45,120 nt of DNA from a bacterium (GCA_021824285.1 JAKAKZ010000006.1:1-45120); one strand, 5' to 3'; shown: positions 34,285 to 43,851, counted from the stretch's first letter. Notes: generated by a model from the sequence alone, not told the origin. Numbers and translations: made by a program.

Positions 34285-35427
34285 ATGGCCCGACCCCAGG
34301 GGACCAAGACCTGGATCGAAGTTTCCCGCGGCGCGCTCCGCGCCAATGCGGCGGCTTTGAAACGTTCGGCACCGAACAGCCGGCTCATTTGCGTGGTCAA
34401 ATCCAACGCCTACGGCCACGGCACGGCGGAGACGGTCCGGGCCCTGCGCGGCCGAGCGGACTGGTTTGCGGTCGACTCTTTGGCGGAAGCGCAGGCCGTG
34501 CGGTCGGCTGCGGCGGCCGAACCAGTCCTGATATTGGGCTACACGCTCCACGAAAACCTGAAGGCTGCCGTCCGGTCCGGCTTCCGTCTCACCGTTTACA
34601 ATCCAGAAACGGCTCGGCAGCTGGCTGTCTTGGCCACCGCCCGCCATCCGGCGCATGTCCACCTGAAAATCGAAACCGGAACGTCGCGGCAGGGGATACT
34701 GGAGGACGACCTGCCGGCGCTCTTGAGGATCCTGCGGCGCAATCCGCACGTCATCGTGGAAGGCGCTTCGACGCACTTCGCCAATATCGAAGACACCACG
34801 GATTCGTCCTACGCCCGCGGCCAGCTGCGCCGCTACCTGAAAGCGGTGGCGGTCATCGAGTCCAGCGGCCGTCCGGTCGCCGTGAAGCACACCGCCTGCA
34901 GTGCGGCGGCCATACTTTTTCCGGAAACGCATTTCGATGCCGTGCGGACGGGGATCGCTCTTTATGGGCTTTGGCCGTCGGCGGAAACGAAAGTCTCGGC
35001 GCGGTCTTCCGGCCGTTCCCTGGAATTGCGCACCGCGCTCGTCTGGAAGACGCTCGTGGCGCAGGTCAAGGCGCTGCCGGCCGGAACGCCGGTGAGTTAC
35101 GGATTGACCGAGAAGCTGACCCGCCGCTCCAATGTGGCCGTGATGCCGATTGGCTACTGGGACGGGCTGGACCGCGGCCTGTCATCGGTCGGGCATGTCC
35201 TGATTCGCGGTCGTCGGGCCAAGATCCTCGGTCGCGTCTGCATGAACATGTGCGTCGTGGACGTGACGGAGATTCCTGGCGTTCGGCCGGAGGATGAAGC
35301 CATCATCATCGGACCACAAAAAGAAGAACGCATTGCGGCGGAGGAAGTCGCGCGTCAGCTCGGCACCATAAATTATGAAGTGGTCACTCGCATCAACCCG
35401 ACGCTTCCTCGGGTGCTGGTCGCCTGA
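34285..35427 (+). CDS. alr: Alanine racemase
   Basis: VVKSNAYGHG, HLKIETG, THFA, RTGIALYG, VSYG, GRVCMN, GTINYE. Confidence 0.97.
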   Translation: MARPQGTKTWIEVSRGALRANAAALKRSAPNSRLICVVKSNAYGHGTAETVRALRGRADWFAVDSLAEAQAVRSAAAAEPVLILGYTLHENLKAAVRSGFRLTVYNPETARQLAVLATARHPAHVHLKIETGTSRQGILEDDLPALLRILRRNPHVIVEGASTHFANIEDTTDSSYARGQLRRYLKAVAVIESSGRPVAVKHTACSAAAILFPETHFDAVRTGIALYGLWPSAETKVSARSSGRSLELRTALVWKTLVAQVKALPAGTPVSYGLTEKLTRRSNVAVMPIGYWDGLDRGLSSVGHVLIRGRRAKILGRVCMNMCVVDVTEIPGVRPEDEAIIIGPQKEERIAAEEVARQLGTINYEVVTRINPTLPRVLVA

Positions 35428-35432
35428 CGCTT

Positions 35433-36599
35433 ATGCCCAATAGCCGCAGGAAAATCCGGGTCGCGGTAATCTACGGCGGCCAATCAGGCGAGCATGAGGT
35501 TTCCGTGCAGACCGCGGCTTCCGTGCTCGCGGCGCTCAACCCGAGGCGCTATGAAATTCTGCCCGTCCTTGTCGATCGTGAAGGACGCTGGTCCGTAGAA
35601 ACAGCACTCTTGCCGGCCGCACGGCACGGCCGTCCGCCGGTCAGTGGGCCCCGTGCTCTGCTGCCGAACGGCGGTACCGTGGCCTTGAGCCTGCCCAACG
35701 GACGTCAGGCGGAAAGGATCGACTTCGTCCTGCCGCTCATCCACGGCACCGGCGGGGAAGACGGCTGTCTGCAAGGTCTCCTGGAGCTGACTGGCTTGCC
35801 ATATGCCGGTAGCGGCGTGTTGGGTTCGGCGCTCGGCATGGATAAGATCGCGCAGAAGATGGTCTTGGCCCAGGCGGGCCTGCCGCTTGTCGCCTATCGC
35901 CATTTTACGGATGCGGATTGGACTGGCGAGCGGTCACGCATCATCGCGGAGATTGAAGAGGCGCTCGGCTATCCGTGCTTCGTCAAACCGGCAAATCTCG
36001 GTTCGTCGGTCGGCATCAGCAAGGCCCATCACCGCCGGGAACTGCTCGCGGGCGTTGTTGACGCATTGCGCTATGACCGCCGCATCATCGTGGAGCGCGC
36101 CGTGCCTCAGGCGCGGGAAATTGAGTGCGGCGTGCTCGGCAACGACCGGGCTCGAGTCTCGGTCTTCGGCGAGATTCGCCCATCCAACGAGTTCTACGAT
36201 TACGACGCCAAATACTTGAGCGGCAAATCAGCAATGGAGATTCCGGCCGATCTGCCCGCTGAAACGTGCCGCGAGATGGCCGAGATGGCGCGGAACGCGT
36301 TCCGGGCCTTGGACTGCGCCGGCATGGCCCGCGTCGACTTCCTGGTAGCGCGCGCGACGAACGATATCTACCTGAACGAAGTCAACACCGTCCCGGGCTT
36401 CACGCGGCACAGCATGTTCCCTAGGCTTTGGGAGGCGAGCGGGTTGCCGTATGCGGGCCTGTTGGATGAGCTGATCGCCGCGGGCCTGGAACGTCACCGC
36501 ACCCGCGCCTCGCTCCAGCGTATATATGAAACCGCTGCGCAAGCAGCGGCTACCAGGAAAACTTCACGCGTCCGCCGCAAAGCACCCCGTAGAAGTTAA
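35433..36599 (+). CDS. ddl: D-alanine--D-alanine ligase
   Basis: GGQSGEHEVS, HGTGGEDG, GSSVG, FYDYDAKY (Tyr omega loop, D-Ala-D-Ala type), RVDF, NEVNTVPG. Confidence 0.96.
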   Translation: MPNSRRKIRVAVIYGGQSGEHEVSVQTAASVLAALNPRRYEILPVLVDREGRWSVETALLPAARHGRPPVSGPRALLPNGGTVALSLPNGRQAERIDFVLPLIHGTGGEDGCLQGLLELTGLPYAGSGVLGSALGMDKIAQKMVLAQAGLPLVAYRHFTDADWTGERSRIIAEIEEALGYPCFVKPANLGSSVGISKAHHRRELLAGVVDALRYDRRIIVERAVPQAREIECGVLGNDRARVSVFGEIRPSNEFYDYDAKYLSGKSAMEIPADLPAETCREMAEMARNAFRALDCAGMARVDFLVARATNDIYLNEVNTVPGFTRHSMFPRLWEASGLPYAGLLDELIAAGLERHRTRASLQRIYETAAQAAATRKTSRVRRKAPRRS

Positions 36600-36602
36600 G
36601 GT

Positions 36603-37640
36603 ATGTTCGGACTTCAGCCGCGCCCCCAGCGCCGAAAATTCAAGGATTTCGCCAGGAACCAGTACGGCCACGCCGGCGGTTTTAACCATCGTTCTTCCCG
36701 CAAGCCCGCGCCGGCACGACGTGCCGTGCTGGCCGTTTTTCTGGCGGCGCTCGCGGCCGTGGTCGTCGGCACGGTTTTTTGGTTCGTCGCTTGGGGCGGC
36801 ACGCTGCGGGTGACCGAAATTGACGTGCGCGGCGCTTCGCCGGCGACCGAGAAGCGGATCCGTGCCCTGGTCGATGAGAGCTTGGCCGAGCGGATTCTGG
36901 GTTTCCTGCCGCGCACTAACGTACCCTTGTTCGATTCAGCCGCGCTTGAATCCGCCATTCGCCGGAATTTTTTCCTGGATTCGCTGACCGTCACGACGCG
37001 CCTGCCTCGCAACCTGACCGTGGAAGTGAAGGAGAAGCAGGTCCGGGCCGTGATGATCTCGGGCAGCCGCTTCCTAGGGCTCGATGCCTCCGGATTCGTG
37101 GTGCGCGACCTGACCGACAAGGAGGTCCGGGATATCGTGGACCTGCCGGAAGACATGGCCGGGCTCATGGCACCGTCGCTTGGCGCCGAGCAGATTGTCC
37201 TGCCCAAGGAGGCTGCGGGCGGCTCGGTAAGGAAGAACCGCAACCCTTTACCATTGTGCGTGGACGGCACGCACTATGACACGGCCCGCCCCGGCGATCC
37301 TACGCCGGGTAAACAGGTCTTTTCGCCGGCCATCATGGAACTTGTCATGACGGCCTATTCGCGCCTGCCGGATATCGCCGGGCCGGTGCGCTGGTTCAAG
37401 GTGGACGAGGCCGGCGAATCGGTGCAGGCCACACTGACAGACGGTTGGGACGCCTACTTCACTTCTGCTCTGCCTTTTGACAAGCAGGGCAGCAACTTGG
37501 TCCTGGTCCTCAAGGACAAGGTCAAGGACCGGATTGCTGACCTTCTATATATAGATCTGCGCTACAACGAGAGGATTTTCATCAAATATAAGGAGGGGAC
37601 TGCGGCGGGGGATAGCTCGGCCGCCCCGCCGAAGCCTTGA
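36603..37640 (+). CDS. ftsQ: FtsQ/DivIB-like cell division protein
   Basis: Basic N-terminus, single TM, POTRA-like LPRNLTVEVKE, C-terminal YIDLRY; follows ddl. Confidence 0.75.
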   Translation: MFGLQPRPQRRKFKDFARNQYGHAGGFNHRSSRKPAPARRAVLAVFLAALAAVVVGTVFWFVAWGGTLRVTEIDVRGASPATEKRIRALVDESLAERILGFLPRTNVPLFDSAALESAIRRNFFLDSLTVTTRLPRNLTVEVKEKQVRAVMISGSRFLGLDASGFVVRDLTDKEVRDIVDLPEDMAGLMAPSLGAEQIVLPKEAAGGSVRKNRNPLPLCVDGTHYDTARPGDPTPGKQVFSPAIMELVMTAYSRLPDIAGPVRWFKVDEAGESVQATLTDGWDAYFTSALPFDKQGSNLVLVLKDKVKDRIADLLYIDLRYNERIFIKYKEGTAAGDSSAAPPKP

Positions 37641-37653
37641 TTTTAAGGCTAAC

Positions 37654-37700
37654 TTGCCAAGTTTCGACCATCTGTTAAGGTGGTTTTTGTCCTTTACAAC
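37654..37700 (+). promoter_or_regulatory. Promoter plus boxA-like motif of ftsH
   Basis: TTGCCA-16-TAAGGT (TGn-extended), 7 nt, GTCCTTTACAAC. Confidence 0.5.
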
Positions 37701-37711
37701 GAAGGTTCTCA

Positions 37712-39499
37712 ATGCAAGCCAAAAAGACGATTTTGCTCTGGCTGCTTCTGACCGGATTGTTTCTGCTCATCTGGCGCGCCACCATGGAAGCCAACCGGAA
37801 CGAGCAGACCGAGGTCGGCGTCGGTGAGATCGTCCGACTGGCCGAAACCGGTGAAGTGAAATCCGTGGTCATCGAAGGGAATTCGGTCACCCTGACGCCG
37901 GGCGCGACGAGCGCGTCGCACGTCAGGTACGTGGCCATCGCCGACAGCGCCAAACCGGAACTGATCCGGATCCTGGTGGAGCGGCACATCCCGTTCGAAG
38001 AGCGGGTGCCTTCGCAGTTCATGCCGATGGTCATCAGCATGCTGCCGTGGGTCGTCCTGGCCATCGTGCTCGTGTTCTTCATGAGCAGCATCGGCTCGCA
38101 ATCGCGGAACGCCAGCGCCCAGATCAAGTCCAAGTCCAAGATGGCCGAAAACGTCGCAACCAGATTCAGCGACGTGGCCGGCGTGGACGAGGCGGTCGAG
38201 GAGGTACGCGATCTTGTCTCATTCCTCAAGCGCCCGAAGGATTTCGGTCGTCTGGGCGGCCGCGTGCCCAAGGGCGTGCTCTTGGCCGGACCGCCCGGTA
38301 CGGGCAAGACGCTGCTGGCGCGGGCCGTGGCCGGCGAGGCCGGAGTCCCGTTCATTTCCGGCAGCGCCTCCGAGTTCGTGGAGATGTTTGTCGGCGTCGG
38401 CGCTTCGCGCGTCCGCGACCTGTTCGCGGAGGCCCGCCGGCACGCCCCGGCCATCATCTTCATCGATGAGATCGATGCCGTCGGGCGCAAGCGCGGCGGC
38501 GTGTCGAGCGGCAGCCACGAGGAACGTCAACAGACGCTCAACCAGATTCTGGTCGAGATGGACGGCTTCGCGGAGAACAGCGGAGTCATCGTGCTCGCGG
38601 CGACCAACCAGCCGGAGGTACTCGACGGCGCGCTTTTGCGCGCCGGGCGGTTCGACCGGCGGGTCTACATGCCGCTGCCCGACGTCCGCGGCCGCGAGGC
38701 CATCCTCAAGGTCCACGCCAAGAACAAGAAGTTCGACGACACCGTTGATCTGACAATTCTGGCCCGAGGCACCGCCGGAATGACCGGTGCGGATCTCGAG
38801 ATGCTGCTCAACGAAGCGGCGCTCTATGCTGCCAAGCTTGGCCATCCGGCGATCAGCGGTTCCGATCTGGAGTACGCGCGTGACAAGGTCATCGCCGGAC
38901 CGGAACGCAAGAGCTCGCTGCTCACGCCGCGCATCAAGTCCGTCGTCGCTTACCATGAGGCGGGCCACGCCGTCACGGCCTGGTTCACCAAGAACTGCGA
39001 CCCGGTCTACAAGGTCTCGGTCGTGCCGCGCGGCTCGTCCCTGGGCCATACCCAGATCTTGCCGCAGGGCGACCGGCCCCTGAAGAGCCGCAATCAGCTG
39101 CTCGACGAGCTGGTCTGCCTGTTCGGCGGACGGGCGGCGGAGAAGAAGGTCGCCAGCGGCGACTTCACTACCGGCGCCTCGGACGATATCGAGCGGGCGA
39201 CGGCTATCGCTCGGCGGATGGTCACCGATTGGGGCATGGCCGAGAACCTCGGTCAGCGCACCTTCGGCGAAAAGGAGCACGGCATCGTTTTCGAGAACGA
39301 ACGCCGCGACTACTCCGATGCCACGGCGGATCTGATCGACAAGGAGATCAGGCGCATCCTGGATCAGGCGTTCGGCCGGACGGAAAACGTCCTGACGGAA
39401 CACTGGGATAGGGTAGTGGCACTGGCCGAGGCTCTGCTGGCCGAGGAGACCGTCGACGGAGCCAGGCTGGTGCAGCTGCTCGGCGAACGTCCAGAGTAA
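37712..39499 (+). CDS. ftsH: ATP-dependent zinc metalloprotease FtsH
   Basis: Two TM segments, [51 protein letters not shown]. Confidence 0.96.
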   Translation: MQAKKTILLWLLLTGLFLLIWRATMEANRNEQTEVGVGEIVRLAETGEVKSVVIEGNSVTLTPGATSASHVRYVAIADSAKPELIRILVERHIPFEERVPSQFMPMVISMLPWVVLAIVLVFFMSSIGSQSRNASAQIKSKSKMAENVATRFSDVAGVDEAVEEVRDLVSFLKRPKDFGRLGGRVPKGVLLAGPPGTGKTLLARAVAGEAGVPFISGSASEFVEMFVGVGASRVRDLFAEARRHAPAIIFIDEIDAVGRKRGGVSSGSHEERQQTLNQILVEMDGFAENSGVIVLAATNQPEVLDGALLRAGRFDRRVYMPLPDVRGREAILKVHAKNKKFDDTVDLTILARGTAGMTGADLEMLLNEAALYAAKLGHPAISGSDLEYARDKVIAGPERKSSLLTPRIKSVVAYHEAGHAVTAWFTKNCDPVYKVSVVPRGSSLGHTQILPQGDRPLKSRNQLLDELVCLFGGRAAEKKVASGDFTTGASDDIERATAIARRMVTDWGMAENLGQRTFGEKEHGIVFENERRDYSDATADLIDKEIRRILDQAFGRTENVLTEHWDRVVALAEALLAEETVDGARLVQLLGERPE

Positions 39500-39504
39500 A
39501 TCCA

Positions 39505-39538
39505 GACCCCACGTACTCGTGGGGTTTTTTATTTTTTT
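39505..39538 (+). terminator. Intrinsic terminator of ftsH
   Basis: ACCCCACG-tact-CGTGGGGT followed by a long T tract. Confidence 0.88.
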
Positions 39539-39598
39539 GCAGTGGTTTTAGTTAGATGTTTTTTGTGGTCAGAATTTGAAGATTAATTTGCTGAAATA

Positions 39599-40003
39599 TT
39601 GTACGACACTAGTACCTTGCGCTATGCCAAATTTCTAAGGTCTTTGCGCCAGCTCTGTGCAGCAGGCTCACACTTGCTTGAATTTACGGTTGGACTCGCA
39701 GCCCGCCCAGAAGATTCCGAGGGCAATTGGCAGCGGTTGTATATAGAACCACGAGCTCATGGTTCCATCCTGACCGATTCCGTACAGCCGGTTCGAAAAG
39801 CTCTGGCGCTGGTACTTGGGGACTCCGAAAAATCTCCTGGAGCCGTATAGGGACATGGCTAAGTTGTATACGAGCCGAGATCGAGCAACGGCCAAAGGCT
39901 CGGTTCAGTTCAGGGCGTTACCGCAACTGGTGGCACGGTGATCGTGGAATTGATAGTTGTGGAGTTGGAAGACGGTAGTTCGCGCCAGTTTTTACAGCTT
40001 TAG
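39599..40003 (+). pseudogene. Possible degraded low-GC ORF (83 aa, continues in frame past two stops)
   Basis: ORF 39599-39850; same frame resumes after TAG and TAA as VVYEPRSSNG...IVELIVVELEDGSSRQFLQL; atypical composition, no recognisable family. Confidence 0.25.
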
Positions 40004-40089
40004 ATGTTTAGGTTAATGGCGGGTTAAGTGTCGTCTAAGGTTTATTGTGCGACACCAACCAGCCTTATCCCCCGGTGAGGCTTACAGCT

Positions 40090-40116
40090 AAAAACCGCAC
40101 CTGAGGTGCGGCCTTT
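40090..40116 (-). terminator. Terminator (possibly bidirectional) of the tagA-gltX-M23 operon
   Basis: AAAAA-CCGCACC-tga-GGTGCGG-CCTTT. Confidence 0.75.
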
Positions 40117-40132
40117 GATCGCTTCTGGCGCG

Positions 40133-41389
40133 TCAGAATTTCGTCAGGTAGTCCAGTGGATCGACCGGAAAGCCCTTGACGCGAGTCTCGAAATGCAGGT
40201 GCGGTCCGGTGGTCAGTTTGCCGGCGCCAGGCGTGCCCGGGGTGCCTCCCGAGTATCCAATCACCTCTCCCCGCTCGACGAACGTGTCCTCTTTAGCCGT
40301 GATCCTCGACAGATGACCGTAGACGGTAGAGACGTCGCCGCTGTGCAGAATCATCACGTAGCTGTAACCGTAGCCCGCGTCCTTCGCGCGGCCGACGATG
40401 CCAGCGGCCGCAGCGCGCACCGGCGTCCCTTGGCCACAGCGGATGTCGATGGCCGGATGCTCAAATACGTACCGGAATGGGTAGCTGGGGTCATGGAAAT
40501 ACGTCGAGATGCCGCGAGCCGGGTCGACAGGCCAGGACAGGACCGTTTCCTGGCGCGACAGCCGATCAGCGATATCCGTCTTCTCGCGCAGCGATTTTTC
40601 CAGGTTGTTGATGTCCCGGTCGGCCTGCGCCTGCTCGGTCTTAAGATCGGCCAGCAGGTAACGATATTCGAGCTCCGACGATTTGGTCTCGATTAGGATG
40701 GATTGCTTGAGCGTTCGTTGGTCCTCAAGATCGCCGCGGGCCACTTCCAAATCACGCTTTCGCTGGGCAACTTCCTGCTGCGCCTTGGAGCGTGAATCTT
40801 TCTCGTCCGCCAGCGCCGCGGCGGCCTCCTTGAGGCGTGCCAGCGCCCTCATCACGCCGCCCTGCAGCTCCGCAATGCGCTGCAGACCGTTGAAGAATTC
40901 GGAGAAGGAATCATAGGACAGCACGATCTCCAGCGCCGAGCGGCGGTAACCGGCTGCCTCTAGCTTCCGCAGAAGTGCCGCAATCAGCGTGCGTTCGCGG
41001 TCCGCTTGGCGCAGCTGCATCGCCATCCGCTCGTCCAGAGAGCGGATCTCAAGTTCCAAGGACCTGACCTCACCGCTCGCCACGTCGATGTCAAGCTGAG
41101 TTTTGGCGATGGTGTTGTCCATGAGGGCGATCTGGTCCTCGATGTCCGCGCCTTCCGCCTTCTTCTGCATGACCAGATTCCGATACTGTTCGATTTTCTG
41201 GTTGAGCCCATCCAGGCTGGCCTTCTTCCGGGCGACGTCGCCGTTAATGCTGTTGATCTGGTCCTGGATATCGCTCAAGGCTTGCGTGTCCGCAGCCGCA
41301 TGCGCGGGCCAGGAGGCGACGCATAGCGTGCCGACGACAAATAGCGCGGCCAGTCGACGAGCCAGAAATGTACGGCGGCATTGAGTCAT
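40133..41389 (-). CDS. Secreted coiled-coil M23 peptidase (EnvC/MepM-like)
   Basis: Signal peptide (AHA-A), long coiled coil, WPV, HPAID, YGHLS, TTGPHLHFE; start overlaps the gltX stop (TAATG). Confidence 0.9.
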   Translation of the reverse strand: MTQCRRTFLARRLAALFVVGTLCVASWPAHAAADTQALSDIQDQINSINGDVARKKASLDGLNQKIEQYRNLVMQKKAEGADIEDQIALMDNTIAKTQLDIDVASGEVRSLELEIRSLDERMAMQLRQADRERTLIAALLRKLEAAGYRRSALEIVLSYDSFSEFFNGLQRIAELQGGVMRALARLKEAAAALADEKDSRSKAQQEVAQRKRDLEVARGDLEDQRTLKQSILIETKSSELEYRYLLADLKTEQAQADRDINNLEKSLREKTDIADRLSRQETVLSWPVDPARGISTYFHDPSYPFRYVFEHPAIDIRCGQGTPVRAAAAGIVGRAKDAGYGYSYVMILHSGDVSTVYGHLSRITAKEDTFVERGEVIGYSGGTPGTPGAGKLTTGPHLHFETRVKGFPVDPLDYLTKF

Positions 41390-42975
41390 TAAAGTAGAGA
41401 GATGGCGGCTTCGACCCGTTCCAGGGTGCGTTTTTTGCCGATGGCCCAGGCGATTTCGAATGGGCTTGGCGACCGTTCGCGACCGGATAGGGCGACCCGG
41501 AAAGGCCAAAGCGTATCGGCGTTGGTCCAGCCTCGTTCGGCCACGAAGGGTATGATTTCGGCCTCCAAGAGTTTGGGGTCGGAAAAGTATTTTTCCGACA
41601 GTCCGGCCAGGCGGTCGCGCAGGCCGTAAAGCCTCTCTTTGGCCACCTCGGGCGTGGACTTCTTCCATGGTATCATATCGCGCGACAGCTCGACTTTGGA
41701 CGTAAAGAAGTAGCCGGTCGTGGCCGCAAAATCTTTCAAGGTCTTCGCCCGGCCCTTTTCGAGAGCCACGGACCGCCGCAGCGCTTCCCTGTCCACCGGC
41801 GACCCATCGGCCGCCTTGATGCCTCCGTCAACCTCCGTCAGCACGCCGTCAATCCGCAGGAACGGGATGACCACCTCGGTCAGCTCCTCGTCGGGCATCT
41901 CCTTCATGTATTCGCCATTCAACCAGTCGAGTTTTTCGCGATTGAAGACCGCACCGGCCTTATTGACCTTTTCGAGCCTGAATTCGCGAGCCAGTTCGTC
42001 CTTAGAGTATTTTTCGCGGTCTCCACTGGGATTCCAGCCCAGCAGGGCCACAAAATTAATCATGGCCTGCGGCAGATAGCCCTGGGCGCGGTAATCCTCT
42101 ACCGCCACGTCACCCTGCCTCTTCGAAAGTTTTGTGCGGTCCGGATTTAGCAGCAACGGCAGGTGGGCAAAGGCCGGAGGTTCCCAACCCAGGGCGCGGT
42201 AGAGCAATAAGTGCTTGGGCGTAGAGGGCAACCACTCTTCACCGCGTATGACCTGGGTAATCTCCATCTCGTGGTCATCGACTACGTTCGCCAGATGATA
42301 CGTGGGGAAACCGTCGGATTTGAGCAGTACCTGGTCATCCACGGACGAGTAATCGAAACGCACCAAACCGCGAATGCTGTCCGTAAACTCCACGCGTCCG
42401 ACGCGGTCCGGCACACGAAGGCGAATCACGTAAGGGCTTTCGGCCGCCAGCGCCGCACTCTCCTCTCCGGTCAGGCCTCGGCAGTTGCGGGCATGTGGCA
42501 CGAGGCCGGGCAGCGGCGCCGCATCAGACGAGGCCCTGTCTTTCTTTAACGACTCAATCTCTTCCGGGGTGCAGAAACAGCGGTAGGCGTAGCTTTGGCC
42601 GCTCGCCTCTTCGGTCTTTCCGAGCAGTTCTTCGGCATAATGGCGGTATTTCTCGGTACGCGCTGACTGCACGTACGGTCCGTATGCACCGCGCTCCTGG
42701 ACGGATCCGTCCGGCGCCAGAAATGGCCCCTCGTCAGGAGTGAGTCCGGCCCATTTGAGGGTCCGCAGGATGTTCTCTACCGCGCCCTCAACGTAGCGCG
42801 TGCGATCGGTATCTTCTATGCGCAAGACGAAAATCCCCCCGTGGTGTCGGGCAAACAGCTCGTTGTAGAGGGCCGTGCGAAGGCCGCCAATGTGCAGGTA
42901 GCCGGTCGGCGACGGCGCGAAGCGCACGCGCGGGACCCGCGCTTCGGTAGATTGGTTCATAGTCTGGTGAATCAT
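41389..42975 (-). CDS. gltX: Glutamate--tRNA ligase
   Basis: RVRFAPSPTGYLHIGG, LRIEDTD, PTYHLANVVDD, RGEEW, KLSKR; alternative start at 42960. Confidence 0.98.
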   Translation of the reverse strand: MIHQTMNQSTEARVPRVRFAPSPTGYLHIGGLRTALYNELFARHHGGIFVLRIEDTDRTRYVEGAVENILRTLKWAGLTPDEGPFLAPDGSVQERGAYGPYVQSARTEKYRHYAEELLGKTEEASGQSYAYRCFCTPEEIESLKKDRASSDAAPLPGLVPHARNCRGLTGEESAALAAESPYVIRLRVPDRVGRVEFTDSIRGLVRFDYSSVDDQVLLKSDGFPTYHLANVVDDHEMEITQVIRGEEWLPSTPKHLLLYRALGWEPPAFAHLPLLLNPDRTKLSKRQGDVAVEDYRAQGYLPQAMINFVALLGWNPSGDREKYSKDELAREFRLEKVNKAGAVFNREKLDWLNGEYMKEMPDEELTEVVIPFLRIDGVLTEVDGGIKAADGSPVDREALRRSVALEKGRAKTLKDFAATTGYFFTSKVELSRDMIPWKKSTPEVAKERLYGLRDRLAGLSEKYFSDPKLLEAEIIPFVAERGWTNADTLWPFRVALSGRERSPSPFEIAWAIGKKRTLERVEAAISLL

Positions 42976-42976
42976 A

Positions 42977-43723
42977 TCAGTGTTTTTCGGTCAGGACCAA
43001 GTAAGGAAATACCGCCACGGCGTTCCAAATGCGGCGCCAGCGCCAGGGCTCACGGCAGAGCCGCCAGGCCCACTCGAGCCCCAAGCGCCGGAAAATCCAT
43101 GGGGCACGCCGGATCTTACCGGCCAAAAAATCGAATGTGCCGCCGACGCCGACGGCCAGGCGCACGGACGGCAATCCGTGGATATTGTCGGCAATCCATT
43201 TTTCCTGTGCGCCGTGACCGAAAGCGACGAGCAGGACATCAGGCCGCCGAGCGGCAATGCGCTCCAGGCCACTAGCGGCGATAACAAGGTGTCCGGACGC
43301 ATCGAAACTTACCCGACCGCCGCTGTCGGTGCCGGAGATGACGAGAGCGGGAAACTCGCGCTTCAGCGCGGCCGCGGCCGCGGCCGCTACGCCTTCCGCA
43401 GCTCCCAACAGGTAAAGGCTCCTTCCTTCTTGCGCGCAGATGTTCGCCAAGACGGACACCAGATCCACACCAGTAAGCCGCACAGGCTTACGTACGCCTC
43501 GCCAACTGGCGGCCAAGGCCAACCCCTTACCGTCGCAGACTGCCAGGTCGGCCCTGGAAAGAATGTCGCGGAAACGGGCATCTCTGGCAGCCAAAACAAG
43601 CATTTCCGGATTTGGCGTCGTCACCAAATGGAATCTGCCGTCACTAATCATCTTTTTCAGGCGGTCCCTTGCTTCCATTACGGTCATGAAATCAATCGGC
43701 ACGCCAAGGATTGTCTTCCGCAT
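42977..43723 (-). CDS. WecB/TagA/CpsF-family glycosyltransferase
   Basis: ILGVPID, VTTPNPE, DG, RLTGVDL, QEKWI, GVGGTFDF, GLEWAWRL..EPWRWRR. Confidence 0.93.
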   Translation of the reverse strand: MRKTILGVPIDFMTVMEARDRLKKMISDGRFHLVTTPNPEMLVLAARDARFRDILSRADLAVCDGKGLALAASWRGVRKPVRLTGVDLVSVLANICAQEGRSLYLLGAAEGVAAAAAAALKREFPALVISGTDSGGRVSFDASGHLVIAASGLERIAARRPDVLLVAFGHGAQEKWIADNIHGLPSVRLAVGVGGTFDFLAGKIRRAPWIFRRLGLEWAWRLCREPWRWRRIWNAVAVFPYLVLTEKH

Positions 43724-43791
43724 AATATAGCTAATTTTAGCAGTATCCGGGTTTCTGGCAACCTGAAGTAAAGTCTCTGGCGCCACCCCGC

Positions 43792-43819
43792 TTGACAGCG
43801 GCGTATCGTTAAGTAAAAT
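43792..43819 (+). promoter_or_regulatory. Sigma70-like promoter of clpB
   Basis: TTGACA-16-TAAAAT. Confidence 0.7.
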
Positions 43820-43824
43820 ATGAG

Positions 43825-43851
43825 TTAGCACTCTTTAGTCGAGAGTGCTAA
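43825..43851 (+). promoter_or_regulatory. CIRCE element (HrcA operator)
   Basis: Perfect consensus TTAGCACTC-tttagtcga-GAGTGCTAA between the promoter and the clpB start. Confidence 0.97.

Noticed and set aside
574-43831. Extended N-termini in the ORF track (574, 3011, 14058, 18448, 20171, 24590, 26706, 32948, 41668, 43831)
   Set aside because: They overlap neighbouring genes or promoters; family-typical starts lie downstream (844, 3146, 13839, 18517, 20510, 24614, 26736, 33008, 41389, 43723)
43828-43838. boxA-like GCACTCTTTAG upstream of clpB
   Set aside because: Mostly explained by the CIRCE left arm; not counted as an independent boxA-like site
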